Source: Candidatus Kaiserbacteria bacterium (GTDB lineage: Bacteria > Patescibacteriota > Minisyncoccia > Phycocordibacterales > UBA2100). From it: 64,000 nucleotides of DNA. Position numbers and translations under genes: made by a program. The stretch's first letter is position 1. Each line of letters begins with the position of its first letter. Below the pieces are notes generated by a model that saw only the letters and a list, made by a program, of their open reading frames with translations, had not been told where the DNA came from and did no database searches. Below are positions 49,311-60,011 of this stretch, in pieces. The stretch spans positions 271,656 through 335,655 of the forward strand of contig JACRFK010000003.1 in the NCBI GenBank assembly GCA_016217925.1. The letters run 5' to 3'.

Positions 49311-50846
49311 CTATTTCCTATGCTTCGGCGTCACCCAAAAGCCAAGATAACGTCCCAGCATGAGCCGAATCTGCGCATCGAGCCCCGGGATGGCGCTGAA
49401 GACGACCATGGTGAGCGGAACAAGCATCCACTGCAGAAAATGCATGAGGCTGTGAAAGCGGGACTTTTCGCGCGGACGCTCCGGCACTAATTGCATCGCT
49501 ATCGCGGCGGATACGATGAGCCCAAACAGCGACGCGGTCAAAAACCCTTTCGCAACAAGAGGAAGATTGTACGAGAGTACGGTCGCGTTGAACGCGCGTC
49601 CGCCGACGATGAGCGGCATCCAGCCTACCGCAAAAAGCACGAGCGGATTGGTCGTGAGCGACCAGAAGCCTTCGATCTGGACGAATGCCGCACGGATTTT
49701 CTTCCCGAGAGGTATGCGCGAGTTTTTGAGGAACGCAAAAAGGATATAGGGGATATTTTCAGCACCATACGTCCACCGGCGATGCTGGAGATAAATATTC
49801 TTTACAGTACCCAACAAATTCGGCGCGACGTTGGCATCCATAGAAACGGGGTACGCCATAGGGACAACATCGTAATCACCGTCGTAGCGCACAAAAAGAT
49901 TCCAGAAGATGCGAGAATCTTCCGAGACGACATTTTTTTGCCAGTACCCCACCTCGCGAAGCGGCTTAAAAGGCACCGCGTGCGATGAGAAAGTCGCGAG
50001 CCGCTCCGGTCTCTCTTGCTGTATCATTTGCCAAAACGAGCTCGAATACGCGATGACGCGGGAGAGCATGGGGGCATCCCAGATGTTGTTGTTGTAGAGC
50101 GGTATCGGCTGGAAGGACGTGCGCTCGGGTCTCTCCGAGGTGAGAAAATGCCAGGTGAGGCAACTGAAGTACTGCGGGTAGACGACCGTATCAATATCAA
50201 ACGCGGAAACAAGGGTTTTTTCATACGGAATATTTTGTGCATCGAGTATCCGGATACGTGCCTCCTCGGCCGCATACGAAATATTGGAACCTTTCCCCGG
50301 TATCTCCCCTTCTCTACCCGCCGGATGCTCGGTCACAATGAAGGCGCCGAATTTGCCTTCAAAATCCGCCGCGATACGATCGGCGATCGCGCGCTGTGCT
50401 TTCCCCGCCCTCTCTTCTGCCGCAATGACGACCGCAATGCGCTTATGATCCCAACTGGACCGTAAAAGGCCCCGCACGCTCTCGGCGACGACATCGTATC
50501 CTTCCGTATAAAAAGGAAAGATGACGAGATGGAGAATATCTTTGTGGGAAAGATTTTGTAGGCGTTCATTCCAGTCAAGGCTCATGTTGTGCCGGACCCG
50601 CTTGAAGTTGTGTCGCAAATGTACCGACAGATAGACGGTCTTCAAGAGCCAATAGACCGAAAATATTATCGTGAGATATGCCGCCCATACAGGCTTGTAG
50701 AACGAAAGCACCACGAAAAGAAGGAGCGTCCCGATAGAAAGAAACCCCGGAAGCATCTCGAAGAATCGGTAAATGATGCGGTCACGGCCCGCGAGTTCGT
50801 TCGCGCGGCCGATATGCAAATACCAGTATGTGTCCTTGGTGTCCAT
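49311..50846 (-). CDS. Integral-membrane family 2 glycosyltransferase (processive, cellulose/chitin-synthase-like)
   Basis: DxD-like FDIDTV; QxxRW (LQHRRW); multiple TM helices. Start taken at MDTKDTYWY, just downstream of the tRNA. Confidence 0.55.
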   Translation of the reverse strand: MDTKDTYWYLHIGRANELAGRDRIIYRFFEMLPGFLSIGTLLLFVVLSFYKPVWAAYLTIIFSVYWLLKTVYLSVHLRHNFKRVRHNMSLDWNERLQNLSHKDILHLVIFPFYTEGYDVVAESVRGLLRSSWDHKRIAVVIAAEERAGKAQRAIADRIAADFEGKFGAFIVTEHPAGREGEIPGKGSNISYAAEEARIRILDAQNIPYEKTLVSAFDIDTVVYPQYFSCLTWHFLTSERPERTSFQPIPLYNNNIWDAPMLSRVIAYSSSFWQMIQQERPERLATFSSHAVPFKPLREVGYWQKNVVSEDSRIFWNLFVRYDGDYDVVPMAYPVSMDANVAPNLLGTVKNIYLQHRRWTYGAENIPYILFAFLKNSRIPLGKKIRAAFVQIEGFWSLTTNPLVLFAVGWMPLIVGGRAFNATVLSYNLPLVAKGFLTASLFGLIVSAAIAMQLVPERPREKSRFHSLMHFLQWMLVPLTMVVFSAIPGLDAQIRLMLGRYLGFWVTPKHRK

Positions 50847-50871
50847 ATGAATGTGTGACGAAGGTGATCTT

Positions 50872-50944
50872 GAGCCGCTTCCCAGACTCGAACTGGGGAC
50901 CTTCTCTTTACAAAAGAGTTGCTCTACCAACTGAGCTAAAGCGG
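50872..50944 (-). tRNA. tRNA-Thr (anticodon UGU), no encoded CCA, discriminator U73
   Basis: Manual fold: acceptor GCCGCTT/AAGCGGC; D-arm GCTC-AGTTGGTA-GAGC; anticodon stem CTCT/AGAG with loop TTTGTAA; variable loop AGGTC; T-arm CCCAG-TTCGAGT-CTGGG. Confidence 0.6.
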
Positions 50945-50947
50945 CGC

Positions 50948-51358
50948 TTAGGTATTGTGCCCGTTGTCACCCGTAGTATCAAGTCCGTTACCATTTTTGT
51001 GTTCCGCGACCTTTTTCAAGAATTCAGAGCTCGTATCCCGTTTCTCAAAACGATGCTTGTAGGACACAAGGTCGGCAAGTTGATGTGCATAACTTTCTGC
51101 CGTGCGCGCGAACGCCGCGAATCCAAGAGCAAGCTGATGAATGCCGATGCGGGACAAGCGCAACGCCCACGGCGGGAGCTTGGCGAGGTCCAAGCGGGCA
51201 GCGTCCATAAGTTCTTTGAGCTGTTGCGCGCGCACATCGGCCTTTTGGCGCAATGCAGAAAGCACTACCCGCTCCGAACGGATCTCCCAGTACTTCAGAG
51301 AGAACAAAGCAATAACGCCCAATAAAGAGAGGAGGAACATCAAAGTGGCGAAGGTCAT
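50948..51358 (-). CDS. Membrane-anchored hypothetical protein
   Basis: N-terminal TM MTFATLMFLLSLLGVIALF, then a helical region. Confidence 0.35.
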   Translation of the reverse strand: MTFATLMFLLSLLGVIALFSLKYWEIRSERVVLSALRQKADVRAQQLKELMDAARLDLAKLPPWALRLSRIGIHQLALGFAAFARTAESYAHQLADLVSYKHRFEKRDTSSEFLKKVAEHKNGNGLDTTGDNGHNT

Positions 51359-51361
51359 ACG

Positions 51362-51943
51362 CTATTTTACGGAGAGTCGCTCGAAGCGCACGACCTCGAT
51401 CTTCTCGCCGAATTTCTGCACCGCTGATTCAATAAGCTGACGGACCGTGATGCTCGGATCTTTCACAAATGGCTGCTCGAGAAGTACGCGGTCGCGCAGA
51501 TAGCTGTCGACCTTACCCTCGATCGCTTTTGCGCGCGCCGCCTCGGGGACCTTGGCCGCTTCTTCCGCGAATACCTCTCGTGCTGCTTTCAGATCAGCCT
51601 CCTTCACGTCATCGCGTGACTTAAATTGTGGACTCATGGCGGCGATGTGCATCGCGATATTGTAGGCAAGCTTGGAAAACTCTTCGTTCTTTGAGACGAA
51701 ATCGGTCTCGCAGGCGAGCACCAGGGCGGCCACGACCGATCCTCCTGCATGAGTATAGGCCGCAGCGATCCCAGCGCCGAGCGCGCGGTCGGACTTCTTC
51801 GAGGCGATGGCGGAACTTACCTTACGCAAGATAACCTTCGCCTTCTCGATGTCGCCGCCGGCTTCTTCAAGCGCTTTCTTGCACTGCATGATAGAAACGC
51901 CGGTCTGGTCGCGGAGCGCTTTAATCTCTTCGGTGCTTGCCAT
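51362..51943 (-). CDS. tsf: Elongation factor Ts (short form)
   Basis: N-terminal UBA-like block IKALRDQTGVSIMQCKKALEEAGGDIEKA. Confidence 0.8.
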   Translation of the reverse strand: MASTEEIKALRDQTGVSIMQCKKALEEAGGDIEKAKVILRKVSSAIASKKSDRALGAGIAAAYTHAGGSVVAALVLACETDFVSKNEEFSKLAYNIAMHIAAMSPQFKSRDDVKEADLKAAREVFAEEAAKVPEAARAKAIEGKVDSYLRDRVLLEQPFVKDPSITVRQLIESAVQKFGEKIEVVRFERLSVK

Positions 51944-51989
51944 ATGAAAAACTTCTTCGTGATTATACCGTATAAACTCCGCCGAAGAG

Positions 51990-52727
51990 TTATTTCCCTT
52001 CGGTCGTCTTCCCGCTGACAGCGTTCTTGGCCGCCGCCGTCGCAGCCGCCGACTTCCCCTCCATACAGGCATCGCCTATTGCATTCGTTACGAGCGCTAT
52101 CGAGCGCACGGATGTATCATTCCCCGGAATCGGATACTGCACGAGCGAGAAATCACAATCAGAGCTGGAGAGTCCTATGACGGGGATCTTGAGCTGATTT
52201 GCCTCGAGAACTGCGGTGTTCTCGTGGCGCGTATCCACAATGAAAAGCGCCGCGGGAAGATCGGTCATTTTGACGAGACCACCGAAGCGGCCGAGTAGCT
52301 CGGTTATCTCGCGGTCTATCATAAGGCGCTCGCGCTTCGTGTACTTCTCGAGGGCACCACTCGCACGCTCGCTCATGAGCTGTTCGAGGCGGTCAATGCG
52401 TTTGCGAATGTTCTTGAAATTGGTGAGTGTGCCTCCGATCCAGCGGCCCGCGACATAGGGAGCTCCTACCCGCTCGGCGGCATCTTTCACGATGCCTGTT
52501 GCTTCATGCTTACCGCCGACGAAAAGGACCTGGCGTCCGCTTGCCGCGACAGATGTGGCAAACGCGATAGCCGCATCGAGGCGCAGGGTCGTCACCTCAA
52601 GATCAAATATGTCGGTCCGGTCTTTCGTCCCGAAAAGGTACGCCGCCGCGGTGGGATGCCGGCGGGCGCGGACATAGCCGAAATGCGCACCTGCGTCAAA
52701 AAGGGTCTTGATATCGGTCGTAGACAT
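51990..52727 (-). CDS. rpsB: 30S ribosomal protein S2
   Basis: LFDAGAHFGYVRARRHP...LFIVDTRHENTAVLEANQLKIPVIGL. Confidence 0.9.
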   Translation of the reverse strand: MSTTDIKTLFDAGAHFGYVRARRHPTAAAYLFGTKDRTDIFDLEVTTLRLDAAIAFATSVAASGRQVLFVGGKHEATGIVKDAAERVGAPYVAGRWIGGTLTNFKNIRKRIDRLEQLMSERASGALEKYTKRERLMIDREITELLGRFGGLVKMTDLPAALFIVDTRHENTAVLEANQLKIPVIGLSSSDCDFSLVQYPIPGNDTSVRSIALVTNAIGDACMEGKSAAATAAAKNAVSGKTTEGK

Positions 52728-52774
52728 GTGCGGAAGATACTAACAAAGTTAGGCCTCTGTCGCAACCTCCCACG

Positions 52775-53779
52775 TTAGCCTTTTACGATACCCAAATGAC
52801 GTAACCATTTTTCGGTGTATCTGTCCGGATCCAAAAGCTTGTATTTTGCATCGAACCGGGCAAGGTCCCGCACTGGTGTCGTTCTACCCATCTTGGAGTA
52901 TTCAGCCAGAAAATCTTTGCCGAACGTCTCCTCAAACAACTCGGCTGTTTCTTCATGGAATAACTCAGGCTTCTCGAAGTAACCCCGCTTGAAACTCTTC
53001 CAAACCTCTTCCGCGGGTACACCGGTATATTCGGCAATAGAATCGCACATTGAACCGACTTGGTTGCTGTAGAGGAAATAACTCCAATAACTCTTCGATT
53101 GTTCCCGCGTGAATGTACCGAGCTTGCAATCTGCCTCTCCCGACTTGCCGGCTCTTCGGTGGTATTCCAAAAATATCTCTTCCGCGATTCGTTGGGTAAC
53201 GCCTTCGTTGAAAGCTTCGAACGACGAGGATATCAACCTTGTAGATTCGTGTTCACCGTACGTGTAGTTTGCCATCCGATATCCGGAGTCCTGATGCAGT
53301 CTACTTTGAGGTGCATTGACATCAGTGGAATAAATTCTCTCGCGCGAGAAAACATGGCATGCCTCATGAATAAAGAATAGCTGCATTTTCATCAACAACT
53401 CTTGGGGAATTGTCCGTTGCTCAGTTTTGTGAAGTTTTGCTTCCAAAAAATGCTTATCGCTCGTCGAGAAAGACATAACGTTCTCGAATGACTGATACTC
53501 GGCAATGTTACTCTCCATCGGATAAACAAATATCCTATCAAGGACTGCTTCGTTTGAATTTTCTAGCGGAACCCCTGACTTCAGTAAGTGCTCTCGAAAA
53601 ATCGCCTTGAGCACCTTCATGTCCAAGGAGCCAAGAATTTCTTTTGCAAGTTCAACGTTTTCTGGGTGGAAATCAGCCTGGCCGCTTTCGTATCCTTCGT
53701 AATAAGCGATGTTTTCATCGCGCATTTGGCGAGTTCGTGGAGTCAGCTTCGCATCGTATCCACCAATCTTCTCATCCAT
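52775..53779 (-). CDS. Hypothetical HExxH zinc-metallopeptidase-like protein in a lower-GC islet
   Basis: FFIHEACHVF (HExxH). No other recognisable domain. AT-richer than the flanking genes. Confidence 0.45.
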   Translation of the reverse strand: MDEKIGGYDAKLTPRTRQMRDENIAYYEGYESGQADFHPENVELAKEILGSLDMKVLKAIFREHLLKSGVPLENSNEAVLDRIFVYPMESNIAEYQSFENVMSFSTSDKHFLEAKLHKTEQRTIPQELLMKMQLFFIHEACHVFSRERIYSTDVNAPQSRLHQDSGYRMANYTYGEHESTRLISSSFEAFNEGVTQRIAEEIFLEYHRRAGKSGEADCKLGTFTREQSKSYWSYFLYSNQVGSMCDSIAEYTGVPAEEVWKSFKRGYFEKPELFHEETAELFEETFGKDFLAEYSKMGRTTPVRDLARFDAKYKLLDPDRYTEKWLRHLGIVKG

Positions 53780-53791
53780 ATGACCATTCTA

Positions 53792-54760
53792 TCAAGCTTC
53801 TGCAGCTTCGGCCTTCTTGAGAGCCTCGAGTATGGGCTCGATGGCGCCGCCCATTATTTTTGGCACGTTGGACCATGATTCCTTGATGCGGTGGTCAGTT
53901 ACGCGGTCCTGGGGAAAATTGTACGTGCGTATTTTTTCGGAGCGGTCACCCGTGCCCACTTGTGCTTTGCGGTCGGCGGCGCGCTCACGCTCGGCGGCCT
54001 CATCTTGCATTTGCTGGAGCCTGCTGATGAGCAGCGTCATCGCCTTCTCTTTGTTCTGCGCCTGCGAGCGCTCGGATGTGCACTTCACATCGAGGCCGGT
54101 CGGCTTGTGTACGATGCGCACCGCCGTTTCCACCTTGTTCACATTCTGACCGCCCGCGCCGCCCGAGCGGCTGGTCTCAATCTCGAGGTCAGACGGGTTT
54201 ATTTCTATTTTCGTGCGTTTGTATATAGGGAGTATTGCGACGGACGCGGTCGAGGTGTGCGTGCGGCCAGCTTTTTCGGTCATGGGTACGCGCTGTACGC
54301 GATGCACTCCGGTCTCATATCGAAGTTTGCGGTAACAATCGGTGCCCTTTATTTCGAATTGCGCTTCTTTGTACCCACCGAGTGAGCTTCTCGATTCGTC
54401 GAGTGCTTTGGATTTCCAGCCTTGTGTCTCGGCGTATTTGAGATACATGGCCGCGAGCTCTTCGGCAAAAAGCGCGGCCTCATCCCCCCCGACGCCCGCA
54501 CGTACTTCAACGACGATCTCATTGGGCCATTCGCGTTCGTTGTCACCCCCGACGATGGACTCAATCTGTTTCATCAGCACGTCTTTTTGACTCTCGATGT
54601 CGTGCAACTCTTTTTCGGCCAACTCTTTCATCGCAGGATCGACTTCGATGAGCTCGATCGCATCTTTCTCCGCCTGCGAGAGGCGATTCCACTCGGCAAC
54701 AAGGTAGGCCACACGGTGGTCGTTCGCGTACTCTTCGAGATGTATTGTGTGCTCTGCCAT
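53792..54760 (-). CDS. prfA: Peptide chain release factor 1
   Basis: GGQ motif ([11 protein letters not shown]); PxT-type tripeptide (RVPMTE), not the SPF of RF2. Confidence 0.75.
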   Translation of the reverse strand: MAEHTIHLEEYANDHRVAYLVAEWNRLSQAEKDAIELIEVDPAMKELAEKELHDIESQKDVLMKQIESIVGGDNEREWPNEIVVEVRAGVGGDEAALFAEELAAMYLKYAETQGWKSKALDESRSSLGGYKEAQFEIKGTDCYRKLRYETGVHRVQRVPMTEKAGRTHTSTASVAILPIYKRTKIEINPSDLEIETSRSGGAGGQNVNKVETAVRIVHKPTGLDVKCTSERSQAQNKEKAMTLLISRLQQMQDEAAERERAADRKAQVGTGDRSEKIRTYNFPQDRVTDHRIKESWSNVPKIMGGAIEPILEALKKAEAAEA

Positions 54761-54813
54761 AGCGTAAGTATAGCGCCGAGCCGTGCATGGCACGGCTCGG
54801 CGCAACAATGTCG

Positions 54814-55095
54814 TTACTTTTTGGAGGTCTTCGGCTTCGAGGTAATCTTCGTGGATGCGGCGCGCTTCTTGAACTTGTCTACACGTCCCGCAGTATCAAT
54901 GGTTTTGGCCGTGCCTGTATAAAAAGGGTGCGACGCACTCGAAATTTCCACCTGAAAGATAGGGTATTCTTTGCCGTCGTCCCACTTGTCCTTTTTCGTT
55001 GTCTCTATCGTTGAACCAATAAGATACCGCTTCCCCGAAGTGGAGTCTTCGAAGATGACCTGTCGGTATGTATCCGGATGAATGTCTTTTTTCAT
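54814..55095 (-). CDS. rpmE: 50S ribosomal protein L31 (type B) with C-terminal basic extension
   Basis: [29 protein letters not shown]...HPFYTG. Confidence 0.8.
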   Translation of the reverse strand: MKKDIHPDTYRQVIFEDSTSGKRYLIGSTIETTKKDKWDDGKEYPIFQVEISSASHPFYTGTAKTIDTAGRVDKFKKRAASTKITSKPKTSKK

Positions 55096-55142
55096 GACTG
55101 GCAGAGAATACACGAAAAATCGAAAAAAGACAATGCTTGGCG

Positions 55143-56480
55143 TCACTGGTTCAAAATATCTATCTCGGCCTGTATCTTATCCACCAGCTCCATGACGCTG
55201 TCCCCGTAGAACGCGTTGGCGCGGCTATTCCAATTGCTACCTGCAAAATACTTCAACGCCGCACGACGTTCCGCCGTGCGTGTGCCTTCGGCGGCACCGT
55301 TGTCTTTCATGAGAAGTCCGGTCGCTAAGATGGCCGTTTGTGCATTCCATGGATCCGGGAAGTCGACACCGGTCTGCGAAGAGAGCCGCGCCTTATAGAG
55401 CATCCAGGTAGAAGGGATGAATTGCGAAGGGCCCATTGCGCCGCCATATCCGATCGACTGCGGACACGATACCTGCGTTGTCGTCCAGTCCAAGCCAAGC
55501 GCTTGCGTAATGGTAACGAACGGCTCTGTATCTCGCGGCGCTTTCATGACCTTCGCGAACGCTTTGCCCGTGTTTTTCCCCACACCGCTGCCCGTCGCGA
55601 GATCGCGCACATAGCACGAACCGGTATTTTCCCCCAAGTTGGATTCTTGTGTAAGAATCGCAAGAATGAGTGCGGGGCGTACGCCTGTGTTGCTCGATGC
55701 CTTTTTTGCGTAGTCGTAGGCGGTGCCAAAGGGGATGGCTCCGCTGTCCCTCAGACCGAAGAGTGCGGCCCGTATGGCGGCGGCCTGCTTTTTCTTGTTG
55801 GCGATTATCTGTTGATATGTTTTCTCTTGACCCTTGGTCGCCGAGAGGATGGCTTGCTTCTCTTTTTCGTCTTTCAGCACTGCCTGCTTCGCAAGCACTT
55901 GTACCTGTCGCACCTTTTGTGCCTCGTCTTCTTTATCTTCGAGTGCCGCCTTGTGGCCTGAAAGTTCTTCGCGCAAAGCAGCCATCTCGATAAAAGATTC
56001 GCCGAGCGATTTTTGAATGGATTGGAAATCGTCTATATCCTGGAAAAATTGCTCCAGGCTCTCGCCGAGCGCGAGTTGTGTGAGTGACACGTCGTCTATC
56101 TCGCGCGTGCGCCGCAGAAGTTGGGCGAGCGACGCTTCGCTTCGCGCTACTTTGGCATCCACCTGAACAATGGATTGCTGCTTCTCGATGATATTCCCTT
56201 TGAGCTGCGTGAGTGTGGTATCGCTCTTCTTGATCTGGAGCTGGGCGATGCGTATTTTGTTGTCGAGTATTTTGATGTCGCGTTCAAGCGTCGTACGCTC
56301 TGCCTGCAGGGTACTCAGAGTCCCCTGATTGTTGGCAATATCTTTCTCTATCTGGTCGAGCTGAGCCTGGAGCGCGGCGCGCTGCTCCAGAGACGTCTGG
56401 GCATAGGTGTACACGGGCAGCACAAAGCAGCCCGTCAATAACAGGGAAACTACAAAAAAAGCGGCGCCTGGGGTGCGCAT
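55143..56480 (-). CDS. Membrane-anchored coiled-coil protein with C-terminal SLT/lytic transglycosylase-like domain
   Basis: [13 protein letters not shown] and [13 protein letters not shown]. Start taken at [11 protein letters not shown] to avoid overlap with rplY. Confidence 0.5.
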   Translation of the reverse strand: MRTPGAAFFVVSLLLTGCFVLPVYTYAQTSLEQRAALQAQLDQIEKDIANNQGTLSTLQAERTTLERDIKILDNKIRIAQLQIKKSDTTLTQLKGNIIEKQQSIVQVDAKVARSEASLAQLLRRTREIDDVSLTQLALGESLEQFFQDIDDFQSIQKSLGESFIEMAALREELSGHKAALEDKEDEAQKVRQVQVLAKQAVLKDEKEKQAILSATKGQEKTYQQIIANKKKQAAAIRAALFGLRDSGAIPFGTAYDYAKKASSNTGVRPALILAILTQESNLGENTGSCYVRDLATGSGVGKNTGKAFAKVMKAPRDTEPFVTITQALGLDWTTTQVSCPQSIGYGGAMGPSQFIPSTWMLYKARLSSQTGVDFPDPWNAQTAILATGLLMKDNGAAEGTRTAERRAALKYFAGSNWNSRANAFYGDSVMELVDKIQAEIDILNQ

Positions 56481-56508
56481 ATACCCAATACTAGCATTTT
56501 CCACGGGT

Positions 56509-57186
56509 CTACTTCTCCGGTTTTTCCCCTTTTCCGCCGGAGGCGGACCCGCCTTCGGCGGGTGCAGCTCCGCCCTCTCCCTCTGCAGGAGCTTTTTCGG
56601 TCGTAATGATGGTCTCCGGCGCCGGCGTGATCTCTTCCTTCTCTTCTTTGAACTCCGTGACGGACGCGACGATCTCTTCGCCGTGTGTGATGAGCGAGGC
56701 GCTTCCCGGCAGAGCAATCTGGGCGGCCGTTATGTGGTCGCCGACGTTCTCGAGCTTCACGAGGTCCACGGAAAGATGGTGCGGTAATTCTGCCGGCGCG
56801 ACCTCTATTTCAATCTCGTGGAGTGCTTTCACGACGATGTGGCCCGCCTTTTCCGCGGGAGCGACTCCCTCGAATTCAAGTGGTACTTTTATCTTGATCT
56901 TCTTTCCTTTCTCGAGCACATAAAAATCCGCATGCAGAAGCGCACCGGTAACGGGGTTGAACTGGGCATCGTGAATGAGCGTGTCCTTGTCTTCACCCAG
57001 CCCTTTTAGCGTGACGATGGTCGTTTCCCCCGCCTCGCGCCAGACGTGGGCAAGCTTGCGCGCATCCACCGAGATCGGCGTCGCCGCTTCTTTGGGACCG
57101 TAGAAAACGGCCGGTACGGCACCGAGCTTACGCAGCGTATCTGCGGATTCATTCTCCACTCGCGGTTTGACTTCAAGCGCTAACAT
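56509..57186 (-). CDS. rplY: 50S ribosomal protein L25 / general stress protein Ctc with mini-element in the C-terminal tail
   Basis: L25 N-terminal fold (RKLGAVPAVFYG...) and beta-barrel. Tail [16 protein letters not shown] encoded at 56529-56568. Confidence 0.8.
   Translation of the reverse strand: MLALEVKPRVENESADTLRKLGAVPAVFYGPKEAATPISVDARKLAHVWREAGETTIVTLKGLGEDKDTLIHDAQFNPVTGALLHADFYVLEKGKKIKIKVPLEFEGVAPAEKAGHIVVKALHEIEIEVAPAELPHHLSVDLVKLENVGDHITAAQIALPGSASLITHGEEIVASVTEFKEEKEEITPAPETIITTEKAPAEGEGGAAPAEGGSASGGKGEKPEK
56529..56568 (+). repeat. Family A mini-element copy (divergent) in rplY
   Basis: cttttccgccggaggcggacccgccttcggcgggtgcagc. Confidence 0.55.
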
Positions 57187-57272
57187 GGGCAGCAGTATAC
57201 GGATTTACGCTGAATTTGCAAATAATTCCTATGCTACAATTAAGCGTCGCGTTTCAAAGGACGTGACGCGAC

Positions 57273-58274
57273 ATGATTTCGCAAAATCACATGCAATACG
57301 ACTTCGTCGCAATCGGCGACATTACGACCGACGCTTTTATCAAGCTCAAAGACGCTGAGGAGTTGATGAATCACGGCACGCGCGAGCTTTGCGTGCGTTT
57401 CGCTGACAAGGTTCCGTACGAAGAAGTCATCGAAGTCCGCGCGGTAGGCAACGCCGCAAATGCGGCAGTGTCCGCGGCCCGCATAGGCCTCAAATCCGCC
57501 CTTATAGCGCGCGTGGGAGACGATGAAAACGGCAGAAATTGCCGCGAGACCTTGAAGGGCAACGGCGTCGCCGACGAGTACGTCGAAACGCAGGCGGGAT
57601 TGCCGACCAACTACCACTACGTGCTTTGGTTCGGCGCCGAGCGCACGATACTCGTCAAGCAGACCAAATTTACCTATTCGATGCCGAACTTCGATACTCC
57701 TCCGAAATACATCTATCTCACCTCGCTCGGCGAGAGCGCGAAGGATTTTCATCACGAGGTCGCTGCCTACGTCGCTGCACATCCCGAAACCAAACTCGCC
57801 TTCCAGCCCGGCACATTCCAAATAAAGCTCGGCGCCGGAGAATTGAAGGACGTCTACGCCGTTACCGAGATATTTTTCTGCAACAAAGAAGAGGCGCAGA
57901 TTATTCTCAAAACGAAAGAGGGGGATGTGAAAAAATTAATGGAGGGCATCCGCGCGCTCGGGCCTAAGGTAGTCGTTGTGACCGACGGCCCCAACGGCTC
58001 GAATATCATCGACGAAAATGGCGCATGGCATGTGCCCATGTATCCAGACCCTGCTCCCCCGGTCTCGCGCACCGGCGCGGGCGATGCGACCGCATCAACG
58101 ACCGTATCCTTCATTCATTTGGGATTGACGGTAGGCGAGGCTCTCTTGCGGGGCATGATAAACGCCGCATCCGTCGTCCAGGGAGTGGGTGCCCAGACCA
58201 AGCTCCTCACCCGCGCAGAAATTGAAGATTGGTACGCGAAAAAACCCGCCGACTTCAAAGCGACCGCGCTATGA
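57273..58274 (+). CDS. PfkB-family carbohydrate kinase (ribokinase-like)
   Basis: Anion-hole motif VSRTGAGDATAS; N-terminal FVAIGDITTDAF. Confidence 0.7.
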   Translation: MISQNHMQYDFVAIGDITTDAFIKLKDAEELMNHGTRELCVRFADKVPYEEVIEVRAVGNAANAAVSAARIGLKSALIARVGDDENGRNCRETLKGNGVADEYVETQAGLPTNYHYVLWFGAERTILVKQTKFTYSMPNFDTPPKYIYLTSLGESAKDFHHEVAAYVAAHPETKLAFQPGTFQIKLGAGELKDVYAVTEIFFCNKEEAQIILKTKEGDVKKLMEGIRALGPKVVVVTDGPNGSNIIDENGAWHVPMYPDPAPPVSRTGAGDATASTTVSFIHLGLTVGEALLRGMINAASVVQGVGAQTKLLTRAEIEDWYAKKPADFKATAL

Positions 58275-58336
58275 GTCATACCCTTAGGGGGATTGACTTT
58301 CCATAGAAAAATGATACAGTTTCCACGCCCTTAACG

Positions 58337-58540
58337 GTGATGGAGGCCGATATGCGCAAGCTCTTCGTCGTTCTCGCCTGGATTTTGTTTTTTCTAGGCG
58401 CGGCTGCAATGATTGGTCCACAAGTGTTTGGTGCGGAGCTTTTCGCATACCAGACGCTTATCGGACTTTTAGCGGTCATCGTGGCCGTCATAATTGGTGC
58501 GTCTTCCGAGGGTCATGGCGTTAGACGCAGAGTTCGATAG
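58337..58540 (+). CDS. Small hypothetical membrane protein
   Basis: Two TM helices. Confidence 0.3.
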   Translation: MMEADMRKLFVVLAWILFFLGAAAMIGPQVFGAELFAYQTLIGLLAVIVAVIIGASSEGHGVRRRVR

Positions 58541-58595
58541 TTACAGACTGACATCTCAACGATGTCATTCGAGAGCCCGGCGCTTGCGCCGGGCT

Positions 58596-59585
58596 TCAGT
58601 TTTTTCTTGAAATTACTTTCTTCACCGCAGCGACGATATGCGAAGTGCCCATCCCGTAGTGTTCCACCAACTCCGTCGGCTCGCCGCTCTGGCCGAATTT
58701 GTCGTGCACGCCGATGAATTCTACCGGGAGCGGGCATTCTTGCGCGAGAAGCTCGGCTATGGCACTGCCAAAACCGCCCGCTATTTGGTGCTCTTCGACA
58801 GTGACAACGGCGCCAGCGGCACGTGCCTCCCGAAGAATGGTTTCTCTATCGAGTGGCTTTACCGTATGCACATTGGTGACGGTGACGGAAATATTTTCTC
58901 CTTCAAGTTGTCGTGCGGCAAGGAGCGCCTGGTAGACGAGGTGGCCTGTCGCAAAAATGGCAACTGCCGGCTTGTCAGACTTCCACAGGACATTCGCCTT
59001 CCCTATTTCGAAAGGCGTCTCCGCGGTCGTCATGACGGGTGTCTTGTCGCGCCCCCACCGCATATAAACGGGGCTGCCGAGCTTGGCCGCAGCTATCGTC
59101 GCCTTGCGGCCCTCTTCCGAGTCGCACGCGGATATCACGGTGAAATGTGGAATGGCCCGCATGAGCGCCATGTCTTCGAGCGCTTGGTGCGTCGCCCCGT
59201 CGGGACCGACCGAAACGCCCGCGTGCATGCCACAGACTATCGCGGGGACGTTGTTGATGCCGATAGTCGTGCGTATCTGCTCCCAATTTCTCCCTGGTGA
59301 GAAGGTCGCGTAAGAAGTGAAAAAAGGAATTTTTCCGTAGAGCGCCATGCCCGCGGCGACGGTCGCCATGTTCTGCTCGGCGACGCCGCACTGCACGAAG
59401 CGGTCCGGAAACGCTTTCTGAAAATGATGCGCTTGTGTGGACTCAGCCAAGTCAGCCGTGAGGACGACGACGCGCTCATCCGCCGTGCCCGCCTCGACAA
59501 CACCCTTGCCAAATCCCTCGCGCGTGCTAGCCAAAGCAGGCTTGTCGAAAATATTCGCTGCAAGTTTTGCGTCGGGGCTTATCAT
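58596..59585 (-). CDS. tkt: Transketolase, C-terminal half (pyrimidine-binding + C-terminal domain)
   Basis: Split-type transketolase subunit B signatures (GPDGATHQALEDMALMRAIP). Confidence 0.8.
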   Translation of the reverse strand: MISPDAKLAANIFDKPALASTREGFGKGVVEAGTADERVVVLTADLAESTQAHHFQKAFPDRFVQCGVAEQNMATVAAGMALYGKIPFFTSYATFSPGRNWEQIRTTIGINNVPAIVCGMHAGVSVGPDGATHQALEDMALMRAIPHFTVISACDSEEGRKATIAAAKLGSPVYMRWGRDKTPVMTTAETPFEIGKANVLWKSDKPAVAIFATGHLVYQALLAARQLEGENISVTVTNVHTVKPLDRETILREARAAGAVVTVEEHQIAGGFGSAIAELLAQECPLPVEFIGVHDKFGQSGEPTELVEHYGMGTSHIVAAVKKVISRKN

Positions 59586-60010
59586 AATTGGATCAGATTG
59601 AGGCCGATGTCGTCATCGTACACGCGAGTGAGAGGCTGTGAGACGAGCCAGAGGATCATCTCGAGTGTAACCGCCACACGCGCACTCTTCACGTGCCCGC
59701 CGATGGTCTCGAGCGTGTCATCACAACGCGACAAGACCGCATGCGCGTGCACGAGCACTCCCTCGTTGTCCACCTCGGCAAGATTTCCTTTGAGCGAAGC
59801 AACCTCGAAGACACCCTTTTCCTTACGGAAGAAGTACTGCTTGGCATCGCGATCGTAATAACCGATCTGCACATCCTCGACAGCTCCGATAGCTTCAAAC
59901 GCGCCCCAGTGCACCCCTTCCTGCTCACCAAAACGGGTCAGTGTGGAAATTACTTCTTCCCCTTTATCGAAGACGATGAAAAACCCATTATGTATTTGGA
60001 CCGATTTCAT
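59582..60010 (-). CDS. PPC/DUF296 domain protein between the two transketolase halves
   Basis: GAFEAIGAVEDVQIGYYD...GNLAEVDNEGVLVHAHAVLS...GGHVKSARVAVTLE. Confidence 0.5.
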   Translation of the reverse strand: MKSVQIHNGFFIVFDKGEEVISTLTRFGEQEGVHWGAFEAIGAVEDVQIGYYDRDAKQYFFRKEKGVFEVASLKGNLAEVDNEGVLVHAHAVLSRCDDTLETIGGHVKSARVAVTLEMILWLVSQPLTRVYDDDIGLNLIQL

Positions 60011-60011
60011 A

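Noticed and set aside
50872-50944. First-pass reading of the tRNA as tRNA-Tyr (GUA)
   Set aside because: Once the acceptor stem is correctly paired (GCCGCTT/AAGCGGC), the 7-nt anticodon loop is TTTGTAA with anticodon UGU (Thr). The short variable loop also fits tRNA-Thr, not bacterial tRNA-Tyr.
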